Of a stretch of 56,798 bases of DNA, positions 8,237 through 17,242 are shown one piece after another; position 1 is the first letter of the stretch, and every line of letters begins with the position of its first letter. The DNA is taken from positions 1 to 56,798 of the IMG/VR virus record IMGVR_UViG_3300049845_000287; one strand, given 5' to 3'. The notes below the pieces were generated by a model. The model was not told where the DNA came from. It made no database searches and was given only the letters and a program-made list of their open reading frames with translations. The position numbers and the translations under genes are program-made. This DNA is from a virus. Its lineage: Duplodnaviria > Caudoviricetes.

Positions 8237-11212
8237 ATGCACACCCTCCAGATCAACAAGAACGAAGCGACAGCGGCCAGGCGCCGCGTCTACTTCTACT
8301 GTGTCGATGCGACGGATGGCATCACCCCGGAGACCGGCGAGGCGTCAGGCCAGCCGGAGATCAGCACGGACGGTGGCGGCTTCACCTCTGCGGGCTCGGT
8401 GATAGGCACACTCGTCGCCATCGGGAACGGCCGCTACTACGCCGAGCTGTCCCAGGCCGCGACCAACGTGGACAGAGCCATCATCCTGACTCGGTACAAG
8501 AGCGCGAACACGGCAGAGTGCGTCGGCTCGACCGTCCAGATCGGGATGAACCTCACCGAGATCGACGGTGCGCTCACGAACGGGAACAATGCGACGCTGA
8601 ACCTCAAGCAGCTCAACGTCGTCAACAGCGCAGGTGACGCCATCGTCGCTTCGTCCACCGGCAGCAACGGCCACGGTATCAACGTGAGTGGCAACGGCAC
8701 CGGCAACGGACTGTTCGGGCAGGGTGGGGCGACTGGTAACGGAGCCCGCTTCAATGGTGGAGCTACGAGCGGAAACGGCATCTACTCCGCTGCTGTCGGC
8801 GGCGGGCAGGGTATCTGGGGCGTCGGCGTCGGGGCCTCGGCGGGTATCCGCGGCACCGGCGGCACGGACGGCAACGGGATCCACGGTGCTGGCACCGGGA
8901 CTGGCTCAGGAATCTATGGGGTCGGTGGCGCGACTGGTCACGGCCTGCAAACGCTCGGTGGTGGGAGTGGCGGTCACGGTGCGCTCATACAGGGCGTCGG
9001 CGGCCACGGCCTCTACGCTCTCGGCAACGGGGCCTTCAACGGTATCAACGCTGTCTCAGGCGCAGGCGCGACCGGCAACGGTATCCAAGCGCAATCGCAG
9101 GCGACGGACGGCGCAGGCCTCCGCGCGATCGGGAACGGCACCGGGTCGGGCATCTACGGCTCGTCGAGCGGCACCGGCCACGGTTTCTACGGACAGGGTG
9201 GCGCAACGAGCGGTAACGGTGCGACCTTCTCGGCCAACGGTGCCGGTCATGGCCTGAGGGCCGTTGGTGTCGGCGGCAACCACGGGTTCAGAGGAGAAGG
9301 TGGCGCGACCGGCGACGGCATGAACCTCTACGGTGGCGCCACGAGCGGTCATGGCCTGCAAACAGCGGCGCAGACCAGCGGCAAGGGCATCCAGGCCACC
9401 GGCAACGGCAACCAGCCAGGCATCCAAGGCTCCGGGCAGGGCACCGGCAACGGTATCTACGGCTACGGTGGCTCGTCCGGCAACGGAATCACCGGCGTCG
9501 GCAACGGAGCGGGCAACGGGATCTCGGGTGCCGGTGGCGCGACAGGCCACGGTATGTTCCTCAACGGCGGAGCCACTTCAGGGTCGGGCCTGTACGCACA
9601 GGCCGCGACGTCAGGCCAGGGCTTCGACCTGTGGGGGGCTGGTGGCGGTGCAGGCATCAAGGCATCCGGCCAGAGCGGCGGACAGGGCATGAACCTCGCC
9701 GGCAACGGCACAGGAGCGGGCCTGCTCACCACAGGTGGGGCGACAGGCGAAGGATTCAAGGCGGTAGGCGGTGCCACGAGCGGCCACGCCTTCTATGCGA
9801 CCGCACCGAGCAGCGGCCACGGGATCTACGGGCTCGGCAAGGGCGTGTTCTCCGGCCTCTGCGCGATCGGCGGCTCGACCGGCAGCGGTATCCTCGCCAC
9901 CGGCGGCTCGTCGAGTGGTGCCGGGATCAAGGCCAACACGCAGGGCGGCAACAGCAACGGCCTGTTGGTCGAGGGCTTCGGACAGGCAGCGAGCGCGTAC
10001 TTCGGCTCGACCAACTGCCGCCAGGGGCTCCATGTGGTCGGCAACAACGGCTACCCCGGCCTCTACGCGACCGGCGGCGGCTCGACCGGCGCAGGCATCG
10101 AGGCGCTCGGCGGCACGTCAGGCGCGGACGCGATCGTCGCGACCGCTCAAGGTGCGTTCGCGGGTATCAGGGCGACCGGCGGCAACGGGACCGGCGGCCA
10201 CGGGATCTACTCGCTTGCCACCGGGACCAACGCACACGCGCTCAACCTGGTGGCGAGTGGCACTGGCGGCAACGGCCTCAATGCCTACTCGCTTGAGAAC
10301 CACGGCATGAACCTCGACGGCGGCGCGAGCGGTGACGACCTCAAGCTCAACACGAACGACACCGACCTGGCGACCGCGGCTGATGTGACAGCGATCTCGA
10401 CGCTTCTCGGTACACCGGTCAACGCGACGATCGCCGAGGACATCGCGGACATCGCAGGTGTCGTGACCGAGGGCATCCCGCACAGCTACAACCCGGACAA
10501 CACCTCGGCCATCGTCTACGGCACGGTCGGAGCGGGCACCTACGAGAACCTCTCGGCCCGTGACGACACGCTCCTCCAGCTCAACGAGGCAGCCGGAGCG
10601 AACCCGTTGCAGTACATCGCCGAGATCAGCGGCATCGCAGCGAACCACGTTCCCTCGACGCTCAGGATCACCGGCTACTACTCTGGCTCGGTGGCCGGGC
10701 ACGAGATCGACGTCGAGGTCTACGACTACGAGCTCGCGACGTGGGTGCAGAAGCTCACGATGCTGCACCGCACGGCGGCCTACGACTACGTCGCCGCCCT
10801 CTCGGACGCGAACGTCAGCGGCGGGGCCGCACGCATCCGCTTCACGCATCCCGGTGCATCGGGCATCGCAAGCCACCGCCTGTACCTGGACTTCGTCGAG
10901 GTGACCGCGGTCGAGGCCACGAACCAGAGTGCGGCCGAGATAGCGGCGATCCTCTCGATGGTCAACGACATCGACCTCGAGGTCGACGAGATGGTGGACG
11001 AGCTCCTGCCGGCGCTGGCGTCCGACATCGCGGCGCTCCCGACCACGGCTGACATCGCGGCACTACCGACCACGGCTGACATCGCGGCACTGCCGACAGC
11101 AGCCGAGAACGCGGATGCCGTGTGGGACGAGCCGATGATCGAGCACAGCATACCGGGCACCACGGGTGAGGAAATGCAAAGCAGCGATTGGCTCTACGTC
11201 GAGCCGGAGTAG
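8237..11212 (+). CDS. Gly-rich tail fibre/spike protein (beta-solenoid-like repeats)
   Basis: 991 aa with about 550 aa of GxGhxhxG repeats; C-terminal NADAVWDE motif common in phage fibres. Confidence 0.75.
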   Translation: MHTLQINKNEATAARRRVYFYCVDATDGITPETGEASGQPEISTDGGGFTSAGSVIGTLVAIGNGRYYAELSQAATNVDRAIILTRYKSANTAECVGSTVQIGMNLTEIDGALTNGNNATLNLKQLNVVNSAGDAIVASSTGSNGHGINVSGNGTGNGLFGQGGATGNGARFNGGATSGNGIYSAAVGGGQGIWGVGVGASAGIRGTGGTDGNGIHGAGTGTGSGIYGVGGATGHGLQTLGGGSGGHGALIQGVGGHGLYALGNGAFNGINAVSGAGATGNGIQAQSQATDGAGLRAIGNGTGSGIYGSSSGTGHGFYGQGGATSGNGATFSANGAGHGLRAVGVGGNHGFRGEGGATGDGMNLYGGATSGHGLQTAAQTSGKGIQATGNGNQPGIQGSGQGTGNGIYGYGGSSGNGITGVGNGAGNGISGAGGATGHGMFLNGGATSGSGLYAQAATSGQGFDLWGAGGGAGIKASGQSGGQGMNLAGNGTGAGLLTTGGATGEGFKAVGGATSGHAFYATAPSSGHGIYGLGKGVFSGLCAIGGSTGSGILATGGSSSGAGIKANTQGGNSNGLLVEGFGQAASAYFGSTNCRQGLHVVGNNGYPGLYATGGGSTGAGIEALGGTSGADAIVATAQGAFAGIRATGGNGTGGHGIYSLATGTNAHALNLVASGTGGNGLNAYSLENHGMNLDGGASGDDLKLNTNDTDLATAADVTAISTLLGTPVNATIAEDIADIAGVVTEGIPHSYNPDNTSAIVYGTVGAGTYENLSARDDTLLQLNEAAGANPLQYIAEISGIAANHVPSTLRITGYYSGSVAGHEIDVEVYDYELATWVQKLTMLHRTAAYDYVAALSDANVSGGAARIRFTHPGASGIASHRLYLDFVEVTAVEATNQSAAEIAAILSMVNDIDLEVDEMVDELLPALASDIAALPTTADIAALPTTADIAALPTAAENADAVWDEPMIEHSIPGTTGEEMQSSDWLYVEPE
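11024..11104 (+). repeat. 27-bp tandem repeat x3 encoding DIAALPT(T/A)A
   Basis: gacatcgcggc.ct.ccgac unit repeated three times in frame. Confidence 0.9.
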
Positions 11213-11222
11213 GGAGTAGGTC

Positions 11223-11525
11223 ATGGGTGAGTGGATAAGGACCGGCGCTTGGATACCGTTCCTCTCAGCAATCGGTGTCATCGTGTCGGTCATCCTGACT
11301 GCGTTCGCGTGGGGCATGCGCGACGCACAGGAGCGAGCACTCAAGACCTGGAAGGACCTCGCCGAGGCACGCGATGAGACCATCAAGGAGCTGAAGGCCG
11401 AGCAGGAGGAACTCCAGAACGAGGTACACCTGCTGCGCACGGAGCTCAAGCTGCATCAGGAGACCACGAAGCAGGCGATCGACGAGCTGATCGCAGGGTT
11501 CGCTCGCGCGAACGAGGAGAAGTAG
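11223..11525 (+). CDS. membrane-anchored coiled-coil protein in the lysis region
   Basis: N-terminal transmembrane helix followed by a coiled coil. Confidence 0.7.
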   Translation: MGEWIRTGAWIPFLSAIGVIVSVILTAFAWGMRDAQERALKTWKDLAEARDETIKELKAEQEELQNEVHLLRTELKLHQETTKQAIDELIAGFARANEEK

Positions 11526-11526
11526 C

Positions 11527-12027
11527 ATGGTCGAGTTCTGGACGAACCACTTCACGATCTGGGCGGTACAGTCGACCGACCCCATCGTGTTCATGCGGGT
11601 GATACGGGTCGTCCTGCTATTCATCTCGGGGCTCCTGCTCATCTTCGAGCCGATGAACTGCGGAGGCAGGAACCGTACGTTCCACTACGTCTTGGTGGCG
11701 CTGTGCTGGAGCGGTGCATGGGTGTCGTGGGGACAGGCAGAAGCGCGCATGACGCTCATCATGCGAGATCCCGTGCATCTACTGAACTCGGTCCCTCCTG
11801 CGTCACTGTTCTGGCCGGAGCTGTTCTTCACCATCGCTGCCGTCATCGTGTGCGGGCGGCTGGTGTACGATTCGATCCTGTGGCGCAGGCTGCACCGTCT
11901 GGGGTGCGCCGCTGATTGTGGGAAGAAGTGCATCCCGACCAGTATGGAGAGGAGACAGGATGCCCGTAGTCGACATCACCAAGGCGATAGTCCCGAAGGG
12001 CCGCAAGTGGGGCCGGACGGGGCGTAA
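11527..12027 (+). CDS. membrane protein (about 3 TM), possible holin-like
   Basis: three hydrophobic stretches; directly upstream of the endolysin. Confidence 0.6.
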   Translation: MVEFWTNHFTIWAVQSTDPIVFMRVIRVVLLFISGLLLIFEPMNCGGRNRTFHYVLVALCWSGAWVSWGQAEARMTLIMRDPVHLLNSVPPASLFWPELFFTIAAVIVCGRLVYDSILWRRLHRLGCAADCGKKCIPTSMERRQDARSRHHQGDSPEGPQVGPDGA

Positions 12028-12664
12028 GCTCGTCGGCAGCCGCACGGTCACCATCCACAACACGGCCAACGAGGGAGCCACCGCCAAGAACCATGCGGCC
12101 TACCTGCTGGCCGGGCACGCGATCTCGTGGCACTTCACCGTCGACGACAAGGGTGCCTACCAGCACGTCCCCACGGACGAGCAGGCATGGCACACCGGCA
12201 CGAACGACGGCAACACCACGTCGATCGGCGTCGAGGTCTGTGAGTTCAAGGACAAGGAGCGGCAGCTCAGAGGTGAGAAGAAGGCATGCTGGCTGGCGGC
12301 CAGGATGCTCGACCACCGCGGCCTGACCGTGAGCTCGCTTCGCACCCACAAGTCGTGGAGCGGCAAGGAGTGTCCGCGTGACATCCTCCCGCACTGGTCC
12401 TCGTTCAAGAGGCGGGTCGCCTACTACATCCGCGAGATGAACCGCCCGTATCCGGGCACGAGGCTCAAGGTGGGCTCGAAGGGCGAGGACGTCGCCTGGG
12501 TACAGCGGATGCTCATCCGTCAGGGATTCAGGACCACGAAGCCGACGAGCGTCTATGACGCTGCGACCGGTGGACAGGTCAAGAAGTTCCGCGAGTCGGT
12601 CTTCAAGGCCCGGCCGCAAGGTACATCGGTAGGTAGTCTGACGTGGGGGAGGTTGTGTAGATGA
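11960..12664 (+). CDS. endolysin: N-acetylmuramoyl-L-alanine amidase (Amidase_2) with peptidoglycan-binding domain
   Basis: IHNTAN, SWHFTVDD, AWHTG, SIGVEVC, HKSWSGKECP motifs; C-terminal LKVGSKGEDVAWVQ. Confidence 0.93.
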   Translation: MPVVDITKAIVPKGRKWGRTGRKLVGSRTVTIHNTANEGATAKNHAAYLLAGHAISWHFTVDDKGAYQHVPTDEQAWHTGTNDGNTTSIGVEVCEFKDKERQLRGEKKACWLAARMLDHRGLTVSSLRTHKSWSGKECPRDILPHWSSFKRRVAYYIREMNRPYPGTRLKVGSKGEDVAWVQRMLIRQGFRTTKPTSVYDAATGGQVKKFRESVFKARPQGTSVGSLTWGRLCR

Positions 12665-12873
12665 ACGTGCCAGCGAAGTATCGCCAGGTGATCTACTGGA
12701 TCGTGCTCGTGGCGACCGTCATCGTCGGGGTGCTGACCGGTCTGGACCTGGTGCCCGCTGACGCCGTGAGCAAGGGCGGCGAAGCGGTGCTCGAGATCCT
12801 GACCGTCATCGGTGCGTTCCTCGCATTGAGGAACATCAAGCCGGACGCGACCGACGAGGGTGGTGAGATCTGA
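12661..12873 (+). CDS. holin (2 TM)
   Basis: 70 aa, two TM helices, follows the endolysin. Confidence 0.75.
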   Translation: MNVPAKYRQVIYWIVLVATVIVGVLTGLDLVPADAVSKGGEAVLEILTVIGAFLALRNIKPDATDEGGEI

Positions 12874-12907
12874 TGGCGAAGAAGAAGAAGAAGAAGGGGT
12901 GCGGGGG

Positions 12908-14470
12908 CTAGGAACCCTGAGCTCTCGACCGCCAGCCGTCCTCTGTCATCTCGAAGAGGTCGGCTGGTTTCTTCTTGCGCAGCGGTGAGAACTTCGAGGG
13001 GCGCATGCCGGGGGGCAGCTCGTCCCATTCCGCATCGTCGCTGTCGCCCTCCTGCCACTCGCCGTAGTGCGACGGCATCCGTTGGGGCCGGCCGGTGAGC
13101 GAGCGGATGAACTCGAACTGCTCGACGCCTTCGGCTATGTAGCGCAGGGCGTCACCGACGTGCGAGTAACGGTCGTGCTTGGGCTTGGCCGCCCAGTCGT
13201 CGACCGAAGACAGCATCTTGTACTCCCACGACTCGAGGCACTCGACGATCCAGGCGCACTTGTTCGAGTTGATCATCATGTTGGGGAACAGCTTGCGCAC
13301 GCGGTTGATGCCGTCGGCCTCGAAGGTCCGCTCCAGCTTGCGCCAGGCCACGGAGGGGAACGCCTTCGCGCACTCCTCGAGAGGTGAGGAGATGGAGCCG
13401 GAACGGTCGGCGTCCCACGGCATGATGGCCGTGTGGATGCGATGGAAGTAGTCGTGGCCCTGCTTCTTGAGCGCATCGACGGCCTCGACCACGGCGACAC
13501 GGTTGTCCTCGTAGTAGTCGTAGATCCACAGCCGGCCCTCGTAATACTGGAAGACGATGCCCACCGTCCAGTCCGACTCCTTGCCCTTGGAGCTGATGTC
13601 CCAGGCGACGTAGACCGGATAGCGGGGGTCGAGGTTGAAGGGGGTGTAGCGCCCCTCCTTGCGCAGGATCTCGATGGCAGGGTAGACGAGCCCGGCGTTG
13701 ACCGCCATGAACTCGCACAGGTACTCCTGCCTGAACAGGTTGTCGTTGCCGTGCTGACGGATGTAGCGCTGCCTGATGACCTCGAGCACCTCGTCGGGAT
13801 ACAGGCGGGTGCCGTCCTCCTTGAGCGACTCGTCCGCGCGCAGGATGTCGACGAAGACACGGCCGTGCGCTCCGCCCCAGTTCTCCCACTCGTCCTCACC
13901 TGTGTAGGTACGCAGGAAATCCGCTGCGATGTTGGACAGGCCACGGGGGGTGAAGTTCATGTTGACGAGCAGGGAGTTACCCTCGGCGATCTTGTTGTCC
14001 CAGATGGGCACGATGAAGTCGAGCGCGTTGCGCCGGTACAGCGACACCTCGGAGAAGAAGAAGCTGTCGTAGCTCGAGCCGATGAGCGACTCGGACTCCT
14101 TGAACCCGATGAACTGGATGAGCGCCTCGGCCTTGCCGTCCTCGCCGTTGTTGAGCATCCTCACGAGCTGCTTGGTCTCGTGGATGTCGATGACTCCGGG
14201 CGGGTAGTTGGACCAGTGCTTGCGCCCATCGAGGTACTTGTTCCAGATGTTGCGCCCGATCCACTTGTTGTCGATGCCGACGTAGGCCGACTGCGTGCCG
14301 GGGTTCTGGTAGGCCGAGTACAGCGCGAACTGGATGTCGTCGGTGTCCTTGCCGTATTGGCGGTGCCAGATCTTGAAGTAGTAGTCGTACTCACCCGAGA
14401 GCCTCCGAGCCCAAGCCTCGCGCTGGGCGGGCCTGGGCTCGAAGTAGATCGGAACGTGGACGGTGCTCAC
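12908..14470 (-). CDS. terL: terminase large subunit
   Basis: PRPAQ adenine-binding motif, Walker A WHRQYGKD, Walker B variant FFFSE, FTP coupling motif, RNase H-like AWD and HVGDALRY. Confidence 0.92.
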   Translation of the reverse strand: MSTVHVPIYFEPRPAQREAWARRLSGEYDYYFKIWHRQYGKDTDDIQFALYSAYQNPGTQSAYVGIDNKWIGRNIWNKYLDGRKHWSNYPPGVIDIHETKQLVRMLNNGEDGKAEALIQFIGFKESESLIGSSYDSFFFSEVSLYRRNALDFIVPIWDNKIAEGNSLLVNMNFTPRGLSNIAADFLRTYTGEDEWENWGGAHGRVFVDILRADESLKEDGTRLYPDEVLEVIRQRYIRQHGNDNLFRQEYLCEFMAVNAGLVYPAIEILRKEGRYTPFNLDPRYPVYVAWDISSKGKESDWTVGIVFQYYEGRLWIYDYYEDNRVAVVEAVDALKKQGHDYFHRIHTAIMPWDADRSGSISSPLEECAKAFPSVAWRKLERTFEADGINRVRKLFPNMMINSNKCAWIVECLESWEYKMLSSVDDWAAKPKHDRYSHVGDALRYIAEGVEQFEFIRSLTGRPQRMPSHYGEWQEGDSDDAEWDELPPGMRPSKFSPLRKKKPADLFEMTEDGWRSRAQGS

Positions 14471-15024
14471 TTGACCAGCTTGATCTTGGGCGCCGACTCC
14501 TCATACTTGGCGAGCTCGGTGGCGACGTTCTCGAGCTCGGCGGTCGTGCCCTCACGGAACTGGATGTGCTCCTGGATGTTGGGGCCGATGTTCTGCAGGA
14601 GCTCCACCACGAGCAGCTGCATGGCCGCGTCGGCGTAGCTGCCGTTCCAGGTGGAGACGAACTCGTCGGCGAGCAAGCCGTCGAGCACGCTCTCGGTGAG
14701 CTCCATCGGGTCGGCCGCCTCGATGGTGGACGCGAGCTCGGAGGTGAGCTTGGACATGGACAAGGCGATCTGACGGGAGAGGTCCACGAGCTGGTCGAGG
14801 CCCATGTCGTAGTCGAACAGGACCTGCTCGAACGCCTTGCGTGCGGCGAGGTAGCCGTTGATGGTGAGGTACTTCTTGCTCGCCGATGCGAGCTGAGCGA
14901 CCATATGCTCCTTCGAGAGCTCGAGCTTCTTGAGCTGCGCCTCGGTCCCGAGCTCCATCTGCTTCTCGAGGTCGGCCTTGATGGCTGCGTCCTCTACCTT
15001 CTTGGCTGCGGTCTTCTTGCTCAT
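14467..15024 (-). CDS. hypothetical helical protein
   Basis: 185 aa, GTGA-coupled to terL. Confidence 0.75.
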   Translation of the reverse strand: MSKKTAAKKVEDAAIKADLEKQMELGTEAQLKKLELSKEHMVAQLASASKKYLTINGYLAARKAFEQVLFDYDMGLDQLVDLSRQIALSMSKLTSELASTIEAADPMELTESVLDGLLADEFVSTWNGSYADAAMQLLVVELLQNIGPNIQEHIQFREGTTAELENVATELAKYEESAPKIKLVK

Positions 15025-15027
15025 GTG

Positions 15028-15993
15028 CTATCCCTTCTTCTGCTTGTCGAGCTTGGCCTGTTCCGCACGCTCCATCGCCTCGGCGAGACTCTTCGGAGCC
15101 TGGTCGTTCGCCGTACCGCCGCCCACGTTGGGCATGTCGAGCGTCGGTGAGGTGGGCGCGGGCTTGTTCTGCGCCTGCTGCACGGCCCTCACCTGGTTGT
15201 TGACGCGCTCGAGCGTGGCGTTCAGGTCGACATCGTAGCCGACGTGGTCGCCGTCCGCATCGTATACCTCGTGACCCTCGACGAGCGCATCGAACATCTG
15301 CTTGCGCACGGGGTCGAGCTTGTCGTAGATGGGGTCGAACGCGACGGCGTCCATGACCGGCTTGTAGACCTGCTCGAGCTGGGTGTGACGGTCGGCGGCG
15401 TACTCGTTGAACATGTCCTTGAGCTGATTGTTGTACGCGTTGACCCATGCCTGCGCCTGAGCGCGGGGGTCGTCGCCTGTGAAGGGACGCCCGGTGTCGG
15501 GGTTGGTGAACACGGGGACGTTGTCCTCGCCCATGACGTAGATGTCGGGGTCGTTGATCGTGGCACCCAGGACACCGTTGGTCTGACGGACACGGGGATT
15601 GCCGGACTCGTCGCGGCTCTCCAGGAAGAGACGGAGGGTCTCCTCGGTGGCCTGCTGCTCGATGTGCTCGGCGTAGGTGGCCAGGACGGTCTCTACGTCT
15701 GCTGGCTCTCCTGCTCCACCGTCTTCTCCAGCGCCTGAAGTATCAAGACCAGGTCCTCCGTCGTCTCCAGAGCCCACGTCAGCCCCGTCTCCGACACTTG
15801 GAGGTCCGTCGGTAGTCTGAGTACCTTCAGCAGTTCCGTCGTCTGAGGCGGGCTCTCCTGAAGCGACAGCCGCATCAGCGGGAGCAGCGGCAGGAGTCTC
15901 CGCTTCCAACGCTGCAAACGCCGTCTCCCAAGGGTCAGCCGCAGGAGGCGCACCTTCGCCTGTACCCAACTCCTGATCTCGCTCATCAGTCAT
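15028..15993 (-). CDS. putative capsid scaffolding-like protein
   Basis: acidic disordered N-terminus, helical core, Pro/Gly linker and short C-terminal helix (PKSLAEAME). Confidence 0.5.
   Translation of the reverse strand: MTDERDQELGTGEGAPPAADPWETAFAALEAETPAAAPADAAVASGEPASDDGTAEGTQTTDGPPSVGDGADVGSGDDGGPGLDTSGAGEDGGAGEPADVETVLATYAEHIEQQATEETLRLFLESRDESGNPRVRQTNGVLGATINDPDIYVMGEDNVPVFTNPDTGRPFTGDDPRAQAQAWVNAYNNQLKDMFNEYAADRHTQLEQVYKPVMDAVAFDPIYDKLDPVRKQMFDALVEGHEVYDADGDHVGYDVDLNATLERVNNQVRAVQQAQNKPAPTSPTLDMPNVGGGTANDQAPKSLAEAMERAEQAKLDKQKKG
15693..15986 (-). CDS. overprinted Leu-rich ORF in the +1 frame of the scaffold-like gene
   Basis: ATG coupled to the upstream stop (TGATG); host-frame GC3 collapses exactly over its length. 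Confidence 0.55.
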   Translation of the reverse strand: MSEIRSWVQAKVRLLRLTLGRRRLQRWKRRLLPLLPLMRLSLQESPPQTTELLKVLRLPTDLQVSETGLTWALETTEDLVLILQALEKTVEQESQQT

Positions 15994-16393
15994 CTCGCTT
16001 CCCTTCATCGAACTGGGCTTCACGGGACGCCGTCAGCTTGACTCCGGCCCGTCTGATCCACTGTTGCTTGAGCTTGTTGTACGCGATCTCCTTGCGTCCG
16101 GTCACCGCACTCATGTCACGGGTGTTGAGGTGCCCGATCAGAAACGTGATGGCGTCGTCGATGTGACGAGTGCGGGCCAGCCCGTTTCGCATGCGGGTGA
16201 GGAACTTGTTCATCTCGCCGATGATGAACTTGAACTCCTCGAGGCGCACCTCGTCCGACTCGGGGCCGGTGAAGTGCAGGTAGTCATAGACCCCGGTCAG
16301 CTCTTCCCACGACGCGATGAGGTCGAGGTGAGTACACTCCTCTTCGGCCCACTCGGCCAGGACCAGACTCTCATCGTAGTCCGAGCTTGTCAT
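15986..16393 (-). CDS. hypothetical protein
   Basis: 135 aa, GGAGGAAGG RBS, high GC3. Confidence 0.75.
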   Translation of the reverse strand: MTSSDYDESLVLAEWAEEECTHLDLIASWEELTGVYDYLHFTGPESDEVRLEEFKFIIGEMNKFLTRMRNGLARTRHIDDAITFLIGHLNTRDMSAVTGRKEIAYNKLKQQWIRRAGVKLTASREAQFDEGKRDD

Positions 16394-17117
16394 CTTGGAT
16401 GTCCTTCCTCCGCTGCTCTGCGAGCAAAGCGTCGGTCAGCGGGATCGAGGCGGTCAGGCACATGCCGTCGATGTAGGTCATCATCGGCTTGCCCTTGAAC
16501 CGCTCGAGGAGCTGCGGGTACTGCTGGGTGATGAGCGTCTTGAGTCCGTAGAGCTGGATGAGGGTGTCCTCATACTGGCGGACATGTGTCGGGAACGCCC
16601 AGATGTAGCCGCGGTTGCCGTCGTTGCCACGCACGATGGGCACGAGGTCGAACCCGATGCGGTAGGTGATCTCCTGCCCCGCCTTGGGGATGGAGGTCTT
16701 GGCCGTGATGACCTTGTTCTCGTTGACACGGACGATCTCGTAATCACCGGAGATGCGGTCGACCTGGTTCGGGTCGGTGCCGTACATCAGAGCGCCGGCG
16801 TTGACCTCCTTGACCTCGAACTCGGGGCCGAGCTTCTCGTCGAAGTACAGCGCACGGTCCTTGTCGACAGTCATCATCGGAGCGATGAGCAGGGTCTTGC
16901 CGTAGAGCGGGTGGGATTCGATCGCGGAGAATGGATTGCCCGACCTCTCCGATTCGATAGTTCCGCGTTTGACCGGCTCGACCTTGGGTGCCTCCCACTC
17001 CTCTCCCTTCTGTATCGCCGTGATCCTCGAGCAACGTAGCTGGTAGGTGAGGCCGTCCTCCGTGAGACCGTACTCGGCCTCGAGCTCGACCAGTCTGGGC
17101 TTCGGTATAGCTGCCAT
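16371..17117 (-). CDS. hypothetical protein, first gene of the terminase operon
   Basis: 248 aa, GAGG RBS, downstream of a sigma70-type promoter. Confidence 0.8.
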   Translation of the reverse strand: MAAIPKPRLVELEAEYGLTEDGLTYQLRCSRITAIQKGEEWEAPKVEPVKRGTIESERSGNPFSAIESHPLYGKTLLIAPMMTVDKDRALYFDEKLGPEFEVKEVNAGALMYGTDPNQVDRISGDYEIVRVNENKVITAKTSIPKAGQEITYRIGFDLVPIVRGNDGNRGYIWAFPTHVRQYEDTLIQLYGLKTLITQQYPQLLERFKGKPMMTYIDGMCLTASIPLTDALLAEQRRKDIQDDKLGLR

Positions 17118-17172
17118 CTGTCATCCTCTCGCTCAGGGAAAAAAACAAACAAGGGGCAAGGGCACACTGTGG

Positions 17173-17201
17173 ATGGTATGGGGACGGTGTAAGCAAGTCA
17201 A
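17173..17201 (-). promoter_or_regulatory. sigma70/SigA-type promoter
   Basis: TTGACT-N17-TACCAT on the minus strand, in the intergenic gap upstream of 17117. Confidence 0.7.
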
Positions 17202-17242
17202 CCTTGCAGACACCGCCCCCACCAGCGAAATCAGGGGTGACG

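Noticed and set aside
5004-11212. Diversity-generating retroelement or invertible fibre cassette
   Set aside because: No reverse transcriptase, template/variable repeat pair or invertase found
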